Source: a virus. Taken from it: 64,000 nt of DNA. The position numbers and the translations under genes were made by a program. The stretch covers positions 1-64,000 of the IMG/VR virus record IMGVR_UViG_3300023179_009191; one strand, 5' to 3'. The notes below the pieces were generated by a model. It was given only the letters and a program-made list of their open reading frames with translations, was not told the origin of the DNA and did not search any database. Positions 19,909-29,625 of this stretch are shown piece by piece. Each line of letters starts with the position of its first letter. Position 1 is the first letter of the stretch.

Positions 19909-20265
19909 TTAAAGCATGTGCTCGAATGCAGCTTTGGCCATGTTAACGATTTCCATGGCATCTTGAGGAGAATAATTCTTTTTGTGCAACAGATAATCCC
20001 AAATATACAAAGCATCACTGTGTTTTCCTTTTGCTTGGCTCTCAGCATCTTCAGACTGTTTTTTCTTTGTATCTTCAATTGATTTGGCAATTGCTTCTCT
20101 TTTTTTCTTAAGATATGCATCAGTTGCATCCACTTTGCCATCATTGTTAATATCATCATCTTCTTGACCCACAGGGTCCAAAGATTCTGTTACAATTTGC
20201 TTGGGTTTTTGATGCTTAGCTCTATAAGCTTCAAACATCTTGCTATTGTCTACACCATATGGCAT
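19909..20265 (-). CDS. Late protein with an EF-hand-like DDDINNDGKVD motif (putative head-internal protein)
   Basis: LDPVGQEDDDINNDGKVDATDAYLKKKREAI motif recalled from T4-like phage proteins; TAAATA upstream. Confidence 0.7.
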   Translation of the reverse strand: MPYGVDNSKMFEAYRAKHQKPKQIVTESLDPVGQEDDDINNDGKVDATDAYLKKKREAIAKSIEDTKKKQSEDAESQAKGKHSDALYIWDYLLHKKNYSPQDAMEIVNMAKAAFEHML

Positions 20266-20499
20266 AATAATATTTATTCTGAAACATTAAATATTATTGT
20301 GAGCAACAAGAAAAAAACTAATAGACTAACATTTTCAGAATGCAAAGAATTATTAGAAAAGCTTGATAAACATAAAGATAGCAAATATTATCATGATGTT
20401 TTAAATCAGTTCAATAAACTCTTGCCCAAATCTGTGCCTCACAAACCAAAAAATAAAGATTAAAGTTGATTGTTTTGATGGTGCATGCATAATAAAAAC

Positions 20500-20667
20500 A
20501 TGGAATTTGTAACCACAGGCAACATGCCAGCAACCCCTGATAATACTACTGTATACTATGATGCCAGGGATGAAAAAATTGCATCATTGGAGCTCAGGCT
20601 CCAATCTCTGGAAGATGATTTTACCAAACTAACTGCATTTGTCAATAATATTGCTAATAAGTCATGA
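20500..20667 (+). CDS. Small coiled-coil protein
   Basis: ATG 34 nt after TTGATT...CATAAT promoter. Confidence 0.55.
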   Translation: MEFVTTGNMPATPDNTTVYYDARDEKIASLELRLQSLEDDFTKLTAFVNNIANKS

Positions 20668-20785
20668 TCACAGTGGCTTTCTTAATTGTGTTTGTGACAA
20701 GTTCCATTGGGGCAATTTATTTTTTTAATCAATCTGGCAAGAGAACCAGATCCAAGCGAATACGATAACCCTTTCAGGGATTATT

Positions 20786-20886
20786 ACCTCCTTAGTTTAA
20801 TGATAAAACAAGTGATTTATACTCACTGCCCTGCCAAGGGTGCTCTAGATCTGAGCACGATGCTGGTTTGAATCCAGCAGGAGGTA
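20786..20886 (+). tRNA. tRNA-Ile(TAT)-like gene with a 34-nt two-hairpin variable region
   Basis: Acceptor ACCTCCT/AGGAGGT+A; D stem GTTT/AAAC; anticodon arm AGTGA-TTTATAC-TCACT; T arm GCTGG-TTTGAAT-CCAGC. Confidence 0.7.
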
Positions 20887-20959
20887 AGATGTTATTTTTC
20901 TGTAATTTCTTCTGAATTTATTTTGTTGACTTGTTTGCAAATTCTAATATAATCATTTT

Positions 20960-21553
20960 ATGACTTTTACCATTCTCAATGGATCTCTGGGAGGGAGAAC
21001 TGGTAATACCAATAACCTCATACAGAAAGTTAAGAAACTCATTTTAACCAAAGATGAGAGCACTAAAATTCGTATTATACACCTCTCTCCACATTTTGAT
21101 TGGATAAAGGTACGCCGGGCTATTAAAGCTTCAGATGCATTAATATTTTGCACTGGTACTTATTGGGATTCTTGGGGTTCTCCTATGCAACAATTGTTTG
21201 AGAAGATGACTCAAATTGAAGGAAAGAAGCATTTGCTAGGCAAACCAGCTGGGGCCATTGTTACCATGCACTCTGTGGGAGGCAAAGAAGTATGCTCCAG
21301 AATTTTAGGCAATTTGGTTGGTCTGGGCTGCATGATCCCGCCATTTACTGGATTTGCATATGCATATTCAGATCATGTTGCTCATAAGTCTCGTACTTCT
21401 GGTAAAAAGTTGCTGGATGATGTGTGGCATATTGATGATTTAGATGCATTTATTCATAATATTTTTGCAGCACACCATGGTTCTAAAGATTGGAAAGTTT
21501 GGGACTATCTGGATACTCAAGCCATGGATCCCAATTATGTGTGGTTAAAATAG
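20960..21553 (+). CDS. NAD(P)H-dependent FMN reductase / flavodoxin-fold protein
   Basis: ILNGS..GRTGNT, SDALIFCTGTYW, GKPAGAIVT..SVGG. Confidence 0.8.
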   Translation: MTFTILNGSLGGRTGNTNNLIQKVKKLILTKDESTKIRIIHLSPHFDWIKVRRAIKASDALIFCTGTYWDSWGSPMQQLFEKMTQIEGKKHLLGKPAGAIVTMHSVGGKEVCSRILGNLVGLGCMIPPFTGFAYAYSDHVAHKSRTSGKKLLDDVWHIDDLDAFIHNIFAAHHGSKDWKVWDYLDTQAMDPNYVWLK

Positions 21554-21587
21554 TTGCACAGTTAAAAATTTCATATATATTGAAAAT

Positions 21588-21797
21588 ATGATTTATCTAT
21601 ACAACTTCTTGGACAAGTACATTTTAAATTTTGAAACTTTCATGATGATCATGGTCTGCATAATCTCTTTGCTGTTCATGAAAACAGATGCAGATTTACA
21701 AAAGCTCAAGTCACAAGCCATTGTGCATGGGTTTGCCAAATATGATGAAATCAGGGGCAATTGGCGCTGGATTACTGAGGAGGATATGTTGCGTTAA
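21588..21797 (+). CDS. Small membrane protein
   Basis: TM segment; promoter TTG 34 nt upstream of ATG. Confidence 0.55.
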   Translation: MIYLYNFLDKYILNFETFMMIMVCIISLLFMKTDADLQKLKSQAIVHGFAKYDEIRGNWRWITEEDMLR

Positions 21798-22181
21798 TGA
21801 ACAGGTTTTTAGCAGGATTTGCTGTAGCAATAATAGTTTTAAACCCCAAAACTACTGTTCATGTTGTGAGCACAGTTTTAAATTGTGCCAACAGCATTGT
21901 TGCCAGATTTTCTTACGATTCAGAAAAGAAGTAATTATTTTTCTATCTTAATACCCTGCAAGTACACATCAGCAGGCAATCCAGGTCCTACATATCCAAC
22001 TTGCAGTCTATTTTTCTTGGAGTCTGTACCATAAATGGCATATCCCCCACATGGCAGTTGTTTGGCAGTTAAATCTTTGGCTTCAGGTAATTCGTTTGGC
22101 ATAATCAATATAATAACTTAATTATGATGCATTTCAACTTTTTTTATGGAACTTTTTAAAAAAAGTTTATAACATAATAAT

Positions 22182-22382
22182 ATGAACAAATTAATATGGC
22201 TATTGCCTTTGGCACTGTGTTCATGTGCCAGTGTAAGTGAGAACAATCACTCAGGTTTTTTTCCAAGACCAGGCATGCATGAAGATGCACAAGATTTTCC
22301 TACCAAATACAATCAGATGGACAGTTGTGATGGCAGCCAAGATCCAAATGCAAAAGTAAAAATTTGGAGAACTACATATTAA
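22182..22382 (+). CDS. Small putative lipoprotein
   Basis: MNKLIWLLPLALCSC lipobox-like N-terminus. Confidence 0.55.
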   Translation: MNKLIWLLPLALCSCASVSENNHSGFFPRPGMHEDAQDFPTKYNQMDSCDGSQDPNAKVKIWRTTY

Positions 22383-22867
22383 TGAAACAGATTCCTTTGA
22401 CTGCTGAAGAAAAGCAAAAAATATATGAATTTGCTCATAAAGTTATGCAAGATGCAGCAACAAACCCTGCTTCTCGTTGGAAATTAAAATGCAATTATTC
22501 CATACAATCCATTTGCATAGGCACAGCAGGTGAAATAGCTTATGGCAAATTGCATGGATTAAAAGTTAACATGTTGCTCAAATCCCAAGGAGATGGTGGC
22601 ATTGACTTCAAAGATGGGGCACAAGTAAAAACTGTAACCTATTGTGGTAGAGACAAGAAAGAATTGAAAATGAGCAAGCTTTATTCAAAAAAAATGCCCA
22701 AAAAATTAGTGCTGGCCCATTATGATGCACAGAACAAGAGTGATCATGTGACTCTTATTGGAGAGATATCTTATGATAACTTCATAAATAAGAAGAAAGA
22801 AAAATGGTATTTTAACAAGAAAGTTTATTATGTCACAGAAGATGAACTGGACAGATATTATACATGA
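22382..22867 (+). CDS. Hypothetical protein, possible PD-(D/E)XK-like nuclease
   Basis: GTAGEIAY...GDGGIDF...QVKT pattern. Confidence 0.55.
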   Translation: MKQIPLTAEEKQKIYEFAHKVMQDAATNPASRWKLKCNYSIQSICIGTAGEIAYGKLHGLKVNMLLKSQGDGGIDFKDGAQVKTVTYCGRDKKELKMSKLYSKKMPKKLVLAHYDAQNKSDHVTLIGEISYDNFINKKKEKWYFNKKVYYVTEDELDRYYT

Positions 22868-23052
22868 ACAACGATTATAGTCATTTGAATCAAGATCAGC
22901 AAAAAATATTGAATGCAATTAAAATTATCTACGGTGAAGAGACTGATCGTTTCATGTCTGCGCCCAATAAGTATTTCAGAGGACGTCCGCCCATTGAAAT
23001 GCTTCTTAACAAAGATTATACCTATTTTAATCAGTTCATTAACAAAACCTAG
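22864..23052 (+). CDS. MbcA/ParS/Xre antitoxin C-terminal-like (DUF2384-like) small protein
   Basis: IYGEETDRFMSAPNKYFRGRPPIEMLL resembles the W...PN..L.G..P..LL toxin-binding domain. Confidence 0.55.
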   Translation: MNNDYSHLNQDQQKILNAIKIIYGEETDRFMSAPNKYFRGRPPIEMLLNKDYTYFNQFINKT

Positions 23053-23053
23053 T

Positions 23054-23284
23054 ATGAAATTTTGCAAACCCAGACTTTATGAATATACTGGAGTCAATGG
23101 CAACAATTCCAGCTTCAACTATGTTACAGATAATGATGTGGAAATGCATCATGGCAAAGATTTTTATGATAAATGGAAAGAATATATGAATGCCAAGCCT
23201 TACATGACTCATGCAGGAGAGATAAGGTACTATTACTATGACTACAAAGAATGTGCTTACAAAGCACAATGTTGGTTTGTATGA
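23054..23284 (+). CDS. Hypothetical protein
   Basis: ORF from MKFCKP, coupled to the next gene. Confidence 0.55.
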   Translation: MKFCKPRLYEYTGVNGNNSSFNYVTDNDVEMHHGKDFYDKWKEYMNAKPYMTHAGEIRYYYYDYKECAYKAQCWFV

Positions 23285-23610
23285 ATGATAGAGCCAAACA
23301 ATTGTTGGAACAGGGGCTAGAGAAAGCCAGAAACAAATATGTAACTCGTAAAAAGAGAGAAAAAATGGTGCAAATGCATCATTGGCAAAAAGATACACAA
23401 ACATCTTGGGTATTAAGAGATTACAAAACCTACTTTCTGTACATAGTAAAGAACAAGCAAGGCAAATTTCAATGCAGTTTTAGTGGAGCAAAAATGTCTG
23501 TATACAGTTCCAAGTCAGATGTTTATGACAATCTCAAACAAGCCAAGACAAGCATGATTGAATTCATTGATCAATATGATCATAAACTGAATCCTATTGA
23601 CTCTGAATAA
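23281..23610 (+). CDS. Hypothetical protein
   Basis: ORF from MNDRAK with ATGA overlap. Confidence 0.55.
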   Translation: MNDRAKQLLEQGLEKARNKYVTRKKREKMVQMHHWQKDTQTSWVLRDYKTYFLYIVKNKQGKFQCSFSGAKMSVYSSKSDVYDNLKQAKTSMIEFIDQYDHKLNPIDSE

Positions 23611-23671
23611 GTTATACGGATAAAGAAAAAAATAAGTTGACTCAAGTCATAATGCCTGCATAATAATGTGT

Positions 23672-23980
23672 ATGAAGAGCAACAACACGGCCCCCAAGGC
23701 CAATAAGACGCCGGTGCTTACCTGCATTGTCAGTGGCAAGACCCGGAATACTAATCAGGAGTATCTGGCTAATAAGGCTAACAAGGCCGGTACGACTGTG
23801 GAGGAGATTGTTAGTCACTACGTGTCCCGCGAGGTTCTGAAGAACCTGCGCCGCGGTGACAAGCAGGGTTTGAGCGACCAGCAGGCCGCTCGCATCCTGG
23901 CGCTCAACGGCAAGCAGAAGGGCATCAAGTCCTCTGGCAATCGTCGGGCAAAGACTTCTGAGGCGGTGGTTACTGCCTAA
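23672..23980 (+). CDS. Basic, GC-rich early protein (putative nucleic-acid binding)
   Basis: Own TTGACT-16-CATAAT promoter and strong terminator; GC- and CpG-rich codons. Confidence 0.75.
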   Translation: MKSNNTAPKANKTPVLTCIVSGKTRNTNQEYLANKANKAGTTVEEIVSHYVSREVLKNLRRGDKQGLSDQQAARILALNGKQKGIKSSGNRRAKTSEAVVTA

Positions 23981-24008
23981 CTGATCTAATCCTGTAGATT
24001 AGATGGGG

Positions 24009-24052
24009 GGCCGGCAGAGCAACAATTTAACAGCTCTGCCGGCCTATTTTTT
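24009..24052 (+). terminator. Intrinsic terminator
   Basis: 12-bp stem GGCCGGCAGAGC/GCTCTGCCGGCC followed by TATTTTTT. Confidence 0.85.
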
Positions 24053-24251
24053 ATGAATAAAAACAAGCTTGTTCTGTTGTATACTCTGCTCAAAGAATTG
24101 CATATGCATTTGCAAATCAAGCTTGACATGGGCAAACAAACAGGAGGCACTCAAGGTCATAAATGGGGTTGCAAACTTATGGAATGCAAAAAATTGCTAA
24201 GAACTGTTAAAAACCAGTTGACTGGGTTGTAATTTCTATTATAATCATTGC

Positions 24252-24632
24252 ATGATGAAAACAAAAATGAATACATTGCCCAAAGAAATACCTTTTGTAG
24301 GTCAACATGTTACAGAGTTTCACTATACTGACCGGGATGCTTGGGAGGTTGTTGAAATTATCAGTCCCAGACGCATTAAGATACGAGAGCTTGATGCAGA
24401 ATGCATTCGCAAGCCCCAAGAGTTTTATCCAGGAGGCTTCTGTGGTCACTATGCAGATAATCATGCTCAAGAGTATAGGCTCAGCAGTAATCCTAATAAC
24501 AAGACAAAAGTTCTTAGCTGGCGTGCCAAAGCTATGCGCTGGGCTGAAGTAGGCCAACAAACACGATACAGTAAATTTGGGCTTCATAAGAAGGGGGAAA
24601 CTGCGAATTTTTTTTATGACTATAACTTTTAA
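24252..24632 (+). CDS. Hypothetical early protein
   Basis: TTGACT-16-TATAAT-6-ATGATG. Confidence 0.75.
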   Translation: MMKTKMNTLPKEIPFVGQHVTEFHYTDRDAWEVVEIISPRRIKIRELDAECIRKPQEFYPGGFCGHYADNHAQEYRLSSNPNNKTKVLSWRAKAMRWAEVGQQTRYSKFGLHKKGETANFFYDYNF

Positions 24633-24755
24633 TCTTACCAGCAGGCAGGTAGAAATTATTTCTAACTATTTGAAACTAATACAAGGTGAAACTATAACAA
24701 ATAAAAATTTTATTGCCATGAAGCCAGAAATTGAAGAAATTATTAAACTATTGTC

Positions 24756-25016
24756 ATGAAAAACATAACTTCAGATAAATTAGCAGAATATGTAAAAGCT
24801 GGCATTGATACTAATGAAATTGCCCGGTGGCTCATTAACTGCCAGCTTAATAAGCATGTGCCTTTGAACATCACAGATCTGTCTGACACTGCCATTGTGG
24901 CTGATGAAATGATGGCCATTGTGGAATGCATCCAAGAAGGTGATTATCAAGATGCTATTAACATTGCAGAAGATGGAGCAATTAATATTTTGCAAGATGA
25001 AGGCTTTGATGTGTAA
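24756..25016 (+). CDS. Hypothetical acidic protein
   Basis: 86-aa ORF. Confidence 0.6.
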   Translation: MKNITSDKLAEYVKAGIDTNEIARWLINCQLNKHVPLNITDLSDTAIVADEMMAIVECIQEGDYQDAINIAEDGAINILQDEGFDV

Positions 25017-25527
25017 ATATTTTGGTGAGGAAGTTTTTAGAGATTTTAATAATTTTTTTTATCTTTGTTCCATTAATAGTTATTCTTAAAGCTTATAATG
25101 CATTCAACAACATTAAATTCTGCATCAGAAACATCAAATAAATTGTTTATAGCCAGATACAGCATTATTTTTAATGAATATCTTATAAAGTTGAATGATT
25201 CAACCAAACATTTAATTCGTAACAATGCTCAATTAAATGAATTGTATGATTTATTTTTAGATTTTATAATTGATTCCAATCAACATTTAGAATATAATGA
25301 AATAAAGAAACAAACCAGTGAGATAGAAGGCCATTGAATGAATTATTATTCCATAGAATTTTTTAAACATTATTTAAAACAGTTGCACAATCAGCATTAC
25401 TCTGGTGATATCAATGGTCTTGAGAAAACATTGAAACGCATGATGGAATTTGTGAAAGAACGAGAAAAAAACAATGAATGTGCTTATGCTAAAAAATGGA
25501 TGAACAAACCAATTTTTAAAGACTAAA

Positions 25528-26181
25528 ATGCAAATAAAACTGGTAAGCATCACCCATCCTGTGGTATCTGGTATTCAAGAACCAGAACAATTGGTGGCTT
25601 ACATTGCCCGGGTAAGCAATCCTAACAATCAATTTAATAGTGAAACTGCTCCTAAATTGCTGTCTTTTCTTATCAAGCACAAACACTGGTCACCATTTGA
25701 GATGGTGGATATGACATATGAAATTGTTACTAGCAGGGCCATTGCAGCACAAATTTTAAGGCACAGAAGCTTTTCTTTTCAAGAATTCAGTCAGAGATAC
25801 AGTGCAGCAACTTCTTTTGAAGACATAGAATTAAGACTTCAAGGTGAAAAAAACCGTCAAGTAGGTGAGCAATTGGTTGATATGGAAAGCAAAGATGGAA
25901 GGTATGCAACATTTATAATTACAACGCTTTTGAATGAATGTAAGAGTGTGTATAATGCATTGTTAAAACTTGGAGTAGCAAAAGAAATAGCCAGAATGAT
26001 ATTGCCTTTAACCACAACCACAACACTTTACATGAAAGGCAATTTGCGCAGTTGGATTCATTACATAGATCTCAGGTCTGAATCTAATACTCAGAAAGAA
26101 CACAGAATGATTGCCCAATCCATTAAAAATGATTTTATGGTACATTTTCCTAACATTAGTCAAGCTCTGGAGTGGAAATAA
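25528..26181 (+). CDS. thyX: FAD-dependent thymidylate synthase
   Basis: ARVSNP, HWSPFE, ThyX motif RHRSFSFQEFSQRY, TQKEHR. Confidence 0.96.
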   Translation: MQIKLVSITHPVVSGIQEPEQLVAYIARVSNPNNQFNSETAPKLLSFLIKHKHWSPFEMVDMTYEIVTSRAIAAQILRHRSFSFQEFSQRYSAATSFEDIELRLQGEKNRQVGEQLVDMESKDGRYATFIITTLLNECKSVYNALLKLGVAKEIARMILPLTTTTTLYMKGNLRSWIHYIDLRSESNTQKEHRMIAQSIKNDFMVHFPNISQALEWK

Positions 26182-26611
26182 CATGAAGCATTGGTTTCAT
26201 TTGTTTTTTAAATCATTTGCAAATGAGTTGCATGTTTTCTTGATTCCTGTTATACTATCTTTCCTGGCTGGTATATGTTTCATAAATTTATGTCTAATAT
26301 TTTCAAAATTTTTCAAAATATATTAAACAGTCAGATGTTTACCAATTCTGGTAAAATAGTGTATTCTGTTGGTCCCAATAATTTTGCAGAATTGCTCAAG
26401 CAGTTTGATCAACCTGCAAAACAAAAAACACAACAGCAAATTGTAATGGACATTTTTTACAAAGAGAAGTTTGCTAAATTGGAAGTAGATTTCTTAAAAG
26501 AATCACCCAATGTAACATTCCATGGCAGTTTTAAAACTTTCAATTCTGACTGTACTATTGACATAGATTTTGTGCCCTGTTCAGTAAGGCCAGAAGTATT
26601 ATACTGTTGTT

Positions 26612-26884
26612 ATGGCAAAAATTAACATAGTCTCCAGGTCATTGCCTGTATATTATAGGGTTTTTATCATGGTTCAGGATCCTTTGTGTGAATGGAATAT
26701 AAAAACATATTCAGAATTATATAAAGTTTTTAAGGCTAATAGTATAAAATCTGCTGAAAAAGCTGCAGCTTATTTTTGTATGAAGCAAACTAAACTATTT
26801 AAACAGGCAAAATTTACTTTTAAAAAGAGTGGCATTGAACCATACTTTTACCATGAGCACATATTTAAAAAAGAAGAAGATTGA
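26612..26884 (+). CDS. Hypothetical protein
   Basis: 90-aa ORF. Confidence 0.5.
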   Translation: MAKINIVSRSLPVYYRVFIMVQDPLCEWNIKTYSELYKVFKANSIKSAEKAAAYFCMKQTKLFKQAKFTFKKSGIEPYFYHEHIFKKEED

Positions 26885-26987
26885 TAAAAAATATTATTTA
26901 AATAATATATTTAATGGAAATTTTTATAACAGCATTGGGGTTATTGCTCTTAACTTCTTTTAGCATTATTTCAGACTTTTTAAAGAT

Positions 26988-27182
26988 TTAACACCCACTA
27001 TTAATTGTATGAATGAGCTCTTTGGCTTGTTGCAAGGTGTTGGCTCTGTTAACCAATTTGCCTTGCTCAAATACATAATATATTCCATTTTTTTCTGCAA
27101 TTTCAAATTGTTCATACATTATGCCTACTACAAGAGTTGCATTGTATTTTTGTAGATATTCATTTAAAATATCATTGAACAT
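26988..27182 (-). CDS. Small late protein
   Basis: TAAATA-TTTTT-ATG. Confidence 0.55.
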   Translation of the reverse strand: MFNDILNEYLQKYNATLVVGIMYEQFEIAEKNGIYYVFEQGKLVNRANTLQQAKELIHTINSGC

Positions 27183-27398
27183 AAAAATATTTAATTAACA
27201 GGTGGATGTATTTTAAGATGCAATTAAAATATAAGCATGATGAACAAAAAAGAATCAAAACAAGATAAAAAACGCAAGCTATCTGAAGAAGAGCTAGAAC
27301 TTCTAGAGACTGGTAAAACCAGTGTAGATTGGTCTGAATTGGTACAAAATTTGTTAAAATAAGCTTGCTTATTTTCAGAGTTCCTTTATATTATATGA

Positions 27399-27550
27399 AC
27401 AATTTAGGTCAAAGATATTGAGTACAGATGGTGCAGTCATGGTATCCATGCAACGCGACCAATCCTAGGCTCAAAAGGGTAAGCTGGTTCCCCTGAAGCA
27501 ACCAGTTCATCATCGTAGTTTGCGGTTCTACGTTAAAAAACCGCTTATTT
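27399..27550 (+). ncRNA. Candidate promoter-driven ncRNA with tandem H-type pseudoknots
   Basis: TTGCTT(27365)-16-TATATT promoter with no ORF; stems CATGG/CCATG, CTGGTT/AACCAG with AGGG/CCCT, GCGGTT/AACCGC with CGTAG/CTACG. Confidence 0.55.
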
Positions 27551-27838
27551 TTAACTCAATTTTGAATAAATTTTGTACAAAAAAACAGCAAACAAATGTG
27601 TGGTTAACCCTGCAAATGCTGTGGAAATTATGCTGCCAAACATGTCTGCATATGGATTGAAGAACAAAGATGTAAGAACGCCCATCCAGAAACTACTGCA
27701 TTCAGGACAAAGCAATGGTTTGCGCAAATAAGGAATTTTAGCTATAAAATTTCTAACAGGCATGAATATTTCACTAAAACTGTACATTAGAGAAACTGAA
27801 AGAGATAGTATTAAGAAAACTGCAACTGCTTGTATCAT
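27551..27838 (-). CDS. DUF1360-like membrane protein with CxxC
   Basis: PLLCPECSSFWMG between TM helices. Confidence 0.65.
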   Translation of the reverse strand: MIQAVAVFLILSLSVSLMYSFSEIFMPVRNFIAKIPYLRKPLLCPECSSFWMGVLTSLFFNPYADMFGSIISTAFAGLTTHLFAVFLYKIYSKLS

Positions 27839-28257
27839 AAGAAATAAATGGCAAAACTGTCATTTTCAGCAATAATATTGAATGCTCTGAATGCCCATCT
27901 CTCTTCTGTCATCTTCTTCTGCAAATCAGCAAAAGCTTCATCAGTTTTAGGTATTCTATAAATTTTGCCTGACACATTGGTGACTATGTATTTGGATATT
28001 ATTTCAGCTAAATTTATTTTGAGAGCCAGATTTTCATTGTACCATTTATCTAAAAATGCATGAGCGGTGTCTCTGTTTGAATTAACAAATGCTTCTATCT
28101 TATTTTTACAAGAACAATTGGGGTTGGTTTTATAAGATTCTACATCTGCATAAATGATAGGAAATACAGATTGAACTGCAGTCTTAAATGAATCATGATT
28201 TTGTATTAACTCTAAAAAAATCTTAGATAGATATAAATTCTCTTTGGTTATATTCAT
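27835..28257 (-). CDS. Hypothetical protein with NPNCSC motif
   Basis: 140-aa ORF in a minus-strand cluster. Confidence 0.65.
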   Translation of the reverse strand: MNITKENLYLSKIFLELIQNHDSFKTAVQSVFPIIYADVESYKTNPNCSCKNKIEAFVNSNRDTAHAFLDKWYNENLALKINLAEIISKYIVTNVSGKIYRIPKTDEAFADLQKKMTEERWAFRAFNIIAENDSFAIYFL

Positions 28258-28272
28258 AAAAATTACTTATTT

Positions 28273-29622
28273 TTACAAACAAGGAGTTCCACCATATGGA
28301 GGATTGGCACAATCTTGAGGTGTATCTGCGCACCAGTAGCAGCAGCAGCTTCCTATTCCTCCCAATTGGACTGTGCAACCATTTGGACAAGGCTGTGGAA
28401 AAGGAAGATAATTTGCATCAATGCACTGCTGATAACAACCACCCTCACTGCAATCACAAACAGTTGGAGTAGGTGTAGGTGTAGGAGTAGGAGTGGGAGT
28501 GGGAGTGGGGGTGGGTGTAGGAGTGACAGGGCAGCAGTTTGTTAGGTCTATTGAAGCATCATAATGTTTTTCGTAGTTTTCTGGACAATTTACATTGCCT
28601 TGTAGTACCACTGGTGCACCATTGGGACATATGCCTTTTAGATACACTTTACAAGACATAGTTGTATTAAAACTTTCGTCTGGTTTAACAGATTTGCAAG
28701 GCCCGCTTAACAAATCAATCTGCAAAGGGCTATATGGTTCTGAAGCAGCAGGGCCTGGCAGAACGCTACCATCTGGAATTGTAATGTTATCACATGAAGC
28801 AGCTCCTGAATAATTTATTATAGGAGCAGTTATAACTTCAAAATAAGCTGTACTGCCAGGACGTTGTGTATAATAGCTTTCACTCTTATGGCAATCACAA
28901 CAAAAACAACCAACATACCATGGTGGATAGTTTCCAGTAAGAATGCCTGTATATTCATTTGTTACTTTTGTAATAGCATCTCTTATTTTTTGCCAAGGAG
29001 GAAAAACAGAATTTAAGTAATTTAAAACTGCTTTTCTATGGTTATTATTGGTTTTTTTTAATATACATTCAGGATTTACATCTGGACAATCATTTTTTTC
29101 ATTTATCAAATCAATAGCTTTATCTACTGCTTGACAGCTATTTGTAAATTTATCTCTTAATTGTTTACAAAAATCTTCACTTCCTCCCTTACCAAATACT
29201 GGGTCACCTGTATTAACAGGCGTGTACTGCAACATAATATTATTAACAGCTGTTAGCCATGGTTTAAAATTATTAGCTATATTTTCAAATTCTACACAGC
29301 AATAAAGTGCATACGAGTTATTACAACAAGAAGAAATTATGGGTTCTGGTTGTGTAAGACCAGGGGTAAAAATTTGTATACCTTCTGGCTGTGGAGCATG
29401 TTGACATTCTTGATAGCTTGCAGGATTAGTAAAATTAAACAAAGGAGGGTTTATTACATATGTGGTTTGACCCCAACCCGGCCACACATCTCTAGTAATA
29501 GTAGCACCTACAACTTCTTTTTTAAATTTAAAGCCATATTGATAGAACTCTTTAATTTTGCACATGTCTGTGGCACCTTTTACCACATCATCAAAACCAG
29601 GTAATACATTAAAAACGCTCAT
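28273..29622 (-). CDS. Cysteine-rich protein with (TP)n linker
   Basis: Many Cys residues; long TP repeat; Cys-dense C-terminal module. Confidence 0.7.
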   Translation of the reverse strand: MSVFNVLPGFDDVVKGATDMCKIKEFYQYGFKFKKEVVGATITRDVWPGWGQTTYVINPPLFNFTNPASYQECQHAPQPEGIQIFTPGLTQPEPIISSCCNNSYALYCCVEFENIANNFKPWLTAVNNIMLQYTPVNTGDPVFGKGGSEDFCKQLRDKFTNSCQAVDKAIDLINEKNDCPDVNPECILKKTNNNHRKAVLNYLNSVFPPWQKIRDAITKVTNEYTGILTGNYPPWYVGCFCCDCHKSESYYTQRPGSTAYFEVITAPIINYSGAASCDNITIPDGSVLPGPAASEPYSPLQIDLLSGPCKSVKPDESFNTTMSCKVYLKGICPNGAPVVLQGNVNCPENYEKHYDASIDLTNCCPVTPTPTPTPTPTPTPTPTPTPTVCDCSEGGCYQQCIDANYLPFPQPCPNGCTVQLGGIGSCCCYWCADTPQDCANPPYGGTPCL

Positions 29623-29625
29623 AAT

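Noticed and set aside
27399-27550. tmRNA or glnA/preQ1 riboswitch
   Set aside because: No tRNA-like acceptor or T arm, no tag frame, and no co-oriented downstream gene to regulate
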